Source: an uncultured Acidimicrobiia bacterium
GTDB taxonomy: Bacteria > Actinomycetota > Acidimicrobiia > IMCC26256 > JAENVU01
DNA length: 64,000 nt
Assembly (NCBI GenBank): GCA_963752335.1
Contig: CAVVXW010000003.1
Coordinates: 14,700 to 78,699 of the forward strand
Direction of reading: 5' to 3'
Made by a program: the position numbers and the translations under genes. Every line of letters begins with the position of its first letter. The first letter of the stretch is position 1. The notes below the pieces were generated by a model. The model searched no databases. It had not been told where the DNA came from and saw only the letters and a program-made list of their open reading frames with translations. This document shows, piece after piece, positions 59,344 through 64,000 of this stretch.

Positions 59344-61377
59344 TCAGACGTCGGGCATCAGCGCGACGCCGCGAGCGATGTTCCACGTCGGCCACTTGGC
59401 GTTGCCGACGGCGGCGGGTGGCGGCGCCGAGGCACCGATGCCGAACGGGTGCAGCCCCCCGTATCCGCTGAGGGTGAAGCCCCCGCTGCCGTCGAAGATG
59501 ATTCCGACGCCGCGGACACTCCCGCCCCGGCTGTTCCAGACGCCGTTGGCGGCGGCCGGCGCGGTTCCGCTGGAGCCGATCTTGAACGGGTGGAGATGAC
59601 CGTTGCGGTCCACCACGTAGCCGCCCTTGCCGTCCGGGGTGATCGAGATGCCCCGCGCCATGTCCTGGCCCAACCAGTAGGGGTTGCCGATCACCTTGGG
59701 CGGCTTGGCGTTGCTCCCGATCGCGAACGGGTGGATGCCGCCGAAGCCGTCGACGATGTAGCCGCCGGTCTGGTCCGGGAGCACGGCCACGCCTCGAGCG
59801 ATGTCCCAACCCAGCCAGTACGGCCCACCGTGCGCGACGGGGGGCCGGGCTCCGCTCCCGACCCGGAAGCGGTTGAGCCCGCCGAAGCCGTCGAGCACGT
59901 ACCCGCCCGTACCGTCGGCGACGATGGTGGCGCCCCGGGCGATGTCCCAGCCGAGCCAGTACGGGGCTCCGTGGGCCCTCGGCGGGAGCGGCCCCGTCCC
60001 GACCCGGAAGCGGTTGAGCCCGCCGAAGCCGTCGAGGGTGTAGCCGCCGGGGAGGGCTGTCGCGGGATTGACCGTGATCTTCTGGGTCGCCGAGCTCGAA
60101 CCGGCGGCGTTGGTCGCGGTCAGCTTGGCCGTGTAGGTCGCCGGGGTCGCGTAGTTGTGCGTCGGGTTCTGGAGCGTGCTGTCGGTGGTGCCGTTGTTGT
60201 CGAAGTCCCACGCCCAACTGGTCGGCGCGCCGATGCTGGTGTCGGTGAACTGCACCGTGAACGGGGCCCGGCCGGTCGTGGGCACGGCGGTGAACGACGC
60301 CGTCGGGCCCGGGGCGGATCCGAGGGTGTACACGTAGATCGGGTGATCACCGCTGGCGCGGTAGTCGTAGCCGTCGCTGACGTAGAACCGGTCCACGCCA
60401 CCCGACGAGACGATCGCCAGGTCACGCGCGTCGATCATGCCGTCGTCGTCCACCGACCCGCCGGGGACGCCGATGCTCTTGAGCGGGAACTTCCAGGCGG
60501 TGTTCTCGGTCCAGCTGGAGCCGGAGATGTCGAAGCGGTGGATCGTCGAGTCCGAGCCGGCCGTGGTACGGCCGTGCGAGGTGTCGACCGACGCGGTCGT
60601 CACGAACGCGGTGCTCGCGTCGGTGAAGTCGATGCCGACGATGTTCGAGACCGACAGCGACTTGTCGCTGCCGAGCGCGTTGGTCGCGAAGTCGTACGTC
60701 TTGATCTTGGTGCCCTTGCCGAAGTAGATGCCGGTACCCGGTCGCCAGCCCGCGGCGGTCGGGTCCTGCGTCTCGTCGAGTGCCTGCCATTGGGTCGGCG
60801 CGAAGTGGCCCGACTGGCGCGTCAGCTTCCAGACGGTCGGGTGCTTCGGGTATCCGGACGGGAGCCCCGCGGAGCAGCAGCCTCCCGACGTCACGTAGAG
60901 CACGTCGGCGTTCGCGTCGTACACCACGGACTCGAAGTCGTCCGTGCGGCTGTGGCACTCGTTCGCGCCGGTGTCGCCCGAGATGCCGGCGTCGAGCGCC
61001 TGGGAACAGGTGAGGCCGGTGCCGACCTGGGTGGCGGTCTCGAAGTCGGCGGCCCGGAGCCGGGTCTTGTACGCACCGGACGTCGAGTTGATCTCCCAGA
61101 CGCTGTCGGCGTTGTCGTCGGCGACCCACATCGAGGTGTCACCGGCGACGTAGCCCAGCCCTTCGATGTCGCTCGCGTTGGCCGGAGCGCCCGAGAACGG
61201 GTGCGAGCTGATGGTGTGGTCGAAGCTCAGCTGCGGGATGGCGGGGGTCGACAGTGCCCGCGCGGCTCCGCCCCCTGCGACCAGGACGGCCGCCCCCAAC
61301 GTCGTCGCCAGCACTGCGGCGGACAGTCGCGTCCGTACTCGTCTCACTTCGCCTCCCGTCGGCCCCTGCGTTCGCAC
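59344..61377 (-). CDS. Secreted multidomain protein: N-terminal propeller-like region, PKD domain, five C-terminal ~47-aa repeats
   Basis: 677 aa (GTG 61347 is an alternative start). Signal peptide RLSAAVLATTLGAAVLVAGGGAARA. PKD-like FTAVPTTGRAPFTVQFTDTS..WDFDNNGTTDS..H.Y..PATYTAKLTATNAAG. Five repeats of GGY.LDGFGG(L/I)..F..G......PYWLGWDIARG. Confidence 0.8.
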   Translation of the reverse strand: MRTQGPTGGEVRRVRTRLSAAVLATTLGAAVLVAGGGAARALSTPAIPQLSFDHTISSHPFSGAPANASDIEGLGYVAGDTSMWVADDNADSVWEINSTSGAYKTRLRAADFETATQVGTGLTCSQALDAGISGDTGANECHSRTDDFESVVYDANADVLYVTSGGCCSAGLPSGYPKHPTVWKLTRQSGHFAPTQWQALDETQDPTAAGWRPGTGIYFGKGTKIKTYDFATNALGSDKSLSVSNIVGIDFTDASTAFVTTASVDTSHGRTTAGSDSTIHRFDISGSSWTENTAWKFPLKSIGVPGGSVDDDGMIDARDLAIVSSGGVDRFYVSDGYDYRASGDHPIYVYTLGSAPGPTASFTAVPTTGRAPFTVQFTDTSIGAPTSWAWDFDNNGTTDSTLQNPTHNYATPATYTAKLTATNAAGSSSATQKITVNPATALPGGYTLDGFGGLNRFRVGTGPLPPRAHGAPYWLGWDIARGATIVADGTGGYVLDGFGGLNRFRVGSGARPPVAHGGPYWLGWDIARGVAVLPDQTGGYIVDGFGGIHPFAIGSNAKPPKVIGNPYWLGQDMARGISITPDGKGGYVVDRNGHLHPFKIGSSGTAPAAANGVWNSRGGSVRGVGIIFDGSGGFTLSGYGGLHPFGIGASAPPPAAVGNAKWPTWNIARGVALMPDV
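59347..60048 (-). repeat. Five tandem coding repeats of ~141 nt (47 aa)
   Basis: Repeats 1 and 2 are near-identical at the nucleotide level: TCCCGACCCGGAAGCGGTTGAGCCCGCCGAAGCCGTCGAG occurs at about 59858 and about 59995. Repeats 3-5 are progressively diverged. Confidence 0.85.
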
Positions 61378-61844
61378 TGTCCAGCTGCGGTGCGAAGTGG
61401 GGGTTTTACACCATTTGCTCGGTTATCGCCACTATCTGCGCGGGATCTCGGTCGATCCCGCCACGTTCCGTACCCGGGCGCCATCGGCGGCGGCGAAGGT
61501 CCGAATCGCGCCCTCCCCGACCCTCCGACTCCGACAGCGCCGCCTCCGACCGCCCATCCCGACGATGACCGATCCCGAGACCGGTCGCCGCCGCGCGAGC
61601 GGCCTCGCGACGTGCGCACCGTTTTCCTTCCGACGCCCGCGCTGTCGGAGGTCCGACTCTCGCGAACGGTACGAACGCGCAGCAAGCGCGAGAGCGTGAT
61701 TTCTGTGCTCGTTCGCAACAATGAGTCACACGCCCTACGTCCGCGCGTCACCCATCGCGCCAACTCCGCATCCTGTCGCGCGCGGTGCGCGCGATGTGGT
61801 GTGGACGCTTCGGTGTCCGCGCGCCCTGGATAGAGTCCCGGGCC

Positions 61845-62411
61845 GTGATCCTCTCCGATCGTTCCATCCGTGAGGCGCTCGCGAGCGGTCGCATCGTCGT
61901 GGATCCTCTCGACGACCGGAACGTGCAGCCGTCCTCGGTGGACCTGCGCCTCGACCGCTACTTCCGCGTGTTCCGGAACGACACGACGCCCTACATCGAT
62001 CCGAAGGAGCCGCAGGAGGACCTCACCGAGATCGTCGAGGTGAGCGAGACCAACGCGTTCATCCTCCACCCGGGCGAGTTCGTGCTCGGCTCGACCCTCG
62101 AGCGTGTTGTGCTCCCGACCGATCTCGTCGCGCGCCTCGAGGGGAAGTCGTCGCTCGGCCGTCTCGGCCTGCTCATCCACAGCACCGCGGGTTTCGTGGA
62201 CGCGGGGTGGGACGGCCATCTCACGCTCGAGCTGAGCAACGTGGCGAACCTGCCGATCGCGCTCTACCCGGAGATGAAGATCGGCCAGATCAGCTTCTTC
62301 GAGATGACCACTGCGGCGGACCATCCCTACGGCAGCACCGAGAAGGGCTCGAAGTACCAGGGCCAGCGCGGGCCGACCCCGAGCCGCTACTACCTCAACT
62401 TCGGGAAGTAG
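61845..62411 (+). CDS. dcd: dCTP deaminase
   Basis: GTG 61845 within ORF 61785..62411. [49 protein letters not shown]. Confidence 0.94.
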   Translation: MILSDRSIREALASGRIVVDPLDDRNVQPSSVDLRLDRYFRVFRNDTTPYIDPKEPQEDLTEIVEVSETNAFILHPGEFVLGSTLERVVLPTDLVARLEGKSSLGRLGLLIHSTAGFVDAGWDGHLTLELSNVANLPIALYPEMKIGQISFFEMTTAADHPYGSTEKGSKYQGQRGPTPSRYYLNFGK

Positions 62412-62413
62412 CC

Positions 62414-62985
62414 GTGGTGGAGCTCCGGCGCTGCGCGTGGGCCGGGGACGATCCGTTGATGGTCGGCTATCACGACGAGGAGTGGGGGGTGCCCCAGCAC
62501 GACCGGGTCCGCCTGTTCGAGAAGCTCTCGCTCGAAGGTGCCCAGGCCGGGCTCTCGTGGCGGACGATCCTCAACAAGCGGGAGGGCTACCGGCGCTGCT
62601 TCGCCGGGTTCGACCCGGAGCGGGTGGCCCGCTTCCGTCCCGCCGCGTCGAGCGGCTGGTCGCCGATCCGTCCATCGTGCGCAACCGCGCCAAGATCACG
62701 TCGGTCGTCGACAACGCGAGGGCCTTGCTGCGACTCGAGCGCGAGGTCGGCGATTTCGGGGACCACCTGTGGTCCTTCGTCGACGGTCGGACCCGCGTCA
62801 ACCGCTGGACCGGCCTCGGCGACCTCCCGGCGGCGACCGAGACCTCGACCGCGCTGTCCGATGATCTGAGGCGGCGCGGCTTCCGCTTCGTCGGTCCGAC
62901 CACGATGTACGCGCTCATGCAGGCGATGGGCATGGTCAACGACCACACGGTCGACTGCTACCGCTGGGCCGAGCTCGCGACCTGA
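62414..62985 (+). pseudogene. tag: DNA-3-methyladenine glycosylase I (Tag), frame-disrupted
   Basis: RCAWAGDDPLMVGYHDEEWGVP..LSLEGAQAGLSWRTIL.KRE..R.CFAGFDPERVA lies in ORF 62207..62869. VERLVADPSIVRNRAKI..GPTTMYALMQAMGMVNDH lies in ORF 62437..62985. Shift at about 62645-62648. Confidence 0.85.
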
Positions 62986-63005
62986 CCCTCCGGCGTTCTC
63001 GCTCA

Positions 63006-63033
63006 CGTTGTGCACGCCAGGGCGTGCACAACG
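63006..63033. terminator. Perfect 12-bp palindromic hairpin between convergent genes (copy 1 of a repeated element)
   Basis: CGTTGTGCACGC-CAGG-GCGTGCACAACG, 21 nt after the tag stop. Confidence 0.5.
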
Positions 63034-63077
63034 CGCGCCGGAATCTCTCGGGTCGGCGTGCGGCGCATTTCGACACG

Positions 63078-63102
63078 CGTTGTGCACGCCAGAGCGTGCA
63101 GC
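63078..63102. repeat. Degenerate second copy of the GTTGTGCACGCCAG(G/A)GCGTGCA element
   Basis: CGTTGTGCACGCCAGAGCGTGCAGC. The first 23 nt match copy 1 except for one base. The stem is shortened to 7 bp. Confidence 0.5.
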
Positions 63103-63137
63103 TCGTGTGCGAAAACGGGGGCGGGGGGAGGTCCGGG

Positions 63138-64000
63138 TCAGACGCCGGGCGGGAAGTGCGCGGTCACGGGGGCGGGGATCGACGGCTCGCGTTCGAGCGC
63201 CTCGAGGATCACCTCGGCGATGTCCGAGACGACGACCTCTTCGTCCTTGCCCTCGCCCTTCACGCCGTCGTCCATCATCACGTAGCAGAAGGGACACGCG
63301 ACCGCGATGCGCTCCGCGCCCGTCGCCAGGGCCTCCTGAGCCCGCTCGGTGTTGACCTTCTTGCCGATCGTCTCCTCCATCCACATCCGCGCGCCGCCGG
63401 CGCCGCAGCACATGCCGCGGGTCCCGTTGCGTGGCATCTCGACGATGTCGATGCCCGCGAGCGACCCGATCACGTTGCGCGGCGCCAGGTAGACGTCGTT
63501 GTGGCGGCCGAGGTAGCACGAATCGTGGTAGGTCACCCGTTCCTCGAGTGATGCGCCGGCCATGGCGAGGCGACCGTCGGCGATGAGCTGCATCAGCAGC
63601 TCGGAGTGGTGGACGACCTCGTAGTGGCCGTCGAGCTGGGGATACTCGTTCTTCAACGTGTTGAAGCAGTGCGGGCACTGCGTGATGATCTTCTTCACCC
63701 CGAGTCCGTCGAGCGTCTCGATGTTCTGCATCGCGAGCATCTGGAAGATGTACTCGTTGCCCGAGCGCCGGGCGCTGTCACCCGTGCACATCTCGCTCGG
63801 TCCGAGGATGGCGAAGTCGATCCCGGCCCGTTGCAGGAGCTTGGCCATCGCCCGGCTCGTCTTCTTGTTGCGGTCGTCGAAGGACCCTGCGCAGCCGACC
63901 CAGTAGAGGTACTCGTGGTCGAACGCCCCGCCCGGCTCCACGATGTCGACACCCTCGAGCGAGTCGGCCCAGTCGCCCCGCTCGCCCTGGTTCATGCCGT
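63138..64000 (-). CDS. (Fe-S)-binding CCG-domain oxidoreductase, C-terminal part (5' end beyond window)
   Basis: Two Cys-rich CCG-type motifs (VGCAGSFD..MCTGD; HDSCYLGR..MCCGAGG..CPFC). The frame is still open upstream of the track Met at 63995. Confidence 0.8.
   Translation of the reverse strand, partial: GMNQGERGDWADSLEGVDIVEPGGAFDHEYLYWVGCAGSFDDRNKKTSRAMAKLLQRAGIDFAILGPSEMCTGDSARRSGNEYIFQMLAMQNIETLDGLGVKKIITQCPHCFNTLKNEYPQLDGHYEVVHHSELLMQLIADGRLAMAGASLEERVTYHDSCYLGRHNDVYLAPRNVIGSLAGIDIVEMPRNGTRGMCCGAGGARMWMEETIGKKVNTERAQEALATGAERIAVACPFCYVMMDDGVKGEGKDEEVVVSDIAEVILEALEREPSIPAPVTAHFPPGV

Noticed and set aside
59347-60048. Regularly spaced ~141-nt direct repeats, considered as a possible CRISPR-like or satellite array.
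   Set aside because: The units are contiguous without spacers, stay in frame and encode a conserved 47-aa protein repeat within a long ORF.
499-61833. Many very long ORFs in the track on the opposite strand or in alternative frames of recognised genes. Examples: 499..1401(-), 2175..4163(+), 20577..22391(+), 22270..24987(+), 27099..29069(+), 29518..32019(-), 41076..44828(-) and 59449..61833(+).
   Set aside because: Their translations are monotonous Arg/Pro/Gly/Ala/Asp strings without motifs. Each fully overlaps a gene with clear family signatures. Stop-poor alternative frames are expected at this GC content.
61378-61844. A c-di-AMP (ydaO-type) riboswitch upstream of the exported protein, as is often seen before actinobacterial cell-wall genes.
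   Set aside because: The hallmark conserved segments I remember (GGGGACCCA / GGGGTGAATC / CCCGAATCCG.CAGCTAACC) are absent on both strands.
4556-62648. Programmed ribosomal frameshifting or transcriptional slippage as the explanation for the split genes.
   Set aside because: No slippery heptamers or long A/T runs occur at any of the sites. The breaks lie in short G/C runs or CG repeats in unrelated genes, including enzymes never reported to use recoding.
63008-63355. ORFs 63008..63355, 63010..63285 and 63024..63551 (+), which start in the palindrome-containing spacer.
   Set aside because: They run antisense through the Fe-S oxidoreductase gene, give low-complexity translations and start inside the hairpin element.

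Overview
Very GC-rich (roughly 70% by eye) Actinomycetota chromosome segment centred on the replication origin. All family and domain names below come from reading the translations and from memory; no searches were run.

Gene order: about 45 kb is the classical actinobacterial oriC neighbourhood, in the order I recall for Streptomyces and Mycobacterium.
- tRNA-Ala ... tRNA-Ile <- DUF3566 <- gyrA <- gyrB <- dciA-like <- recF <- dnaN <- [oriC] <- dnaA
- rpmH -> rnpA -> yidD -> yidC -> jag -> rsmG -> [2x parS] -> parA -> parB
- <- cwlM <- trxA <- trxB <- small membrane protein <- anti-sigma <- ECF sigma <- Ser/Thr kinase <- degV <- murJ (in frame with an Rv3909-like exported protein) <- GNAT
- HDAC-like -> pilT -> cca
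- then a methyltransferase, DUF5318, panB, rpsF-ssb-rpsR-rplI, dnaB, nucS, dcd and tag.

Accessory block (left ~19 kb): a metal ABC transporter, an IorAB-type molybdoenzyme, a hydrolase-cyclase fusion, tandem paralogous hypotheticals, a Tat-lipoprotein carotenoid oxygenase, a COG0701 permease with its TIGR03943 partner, a MoxR-DUF58-transglutaminase module and an ArsR-SRPBCC pair.

Not seen: rRNA, CRISPR arrays, transposases or integrases.

Main observations:
1. At least 10 positions where one conserved domain continues in another reading frame, in 9 genes including rsmG, cca and tag. All lie in G/C runs, so I suspect assembly indels rather than decay.
2. No stop codon separates the Rv3909-like gene from murJ.
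3. A catalytically intact Ser/Thr kinase with an ectodomain sits beside a short MurJ.
4. A secreted multi-domain protein carries five ~47-aa tandem repeats, upstream of a ~470-nt gene-free leader.
5. An anchored Cys-containing protein is appended to the MoxR module.

Gene junctions very often use 4-nt GTGA/ATGA overlaps (at least 12 cases). I found no clear-cut novel multi-gene system. The window is mostly core genome and the findings are scored accordingly.
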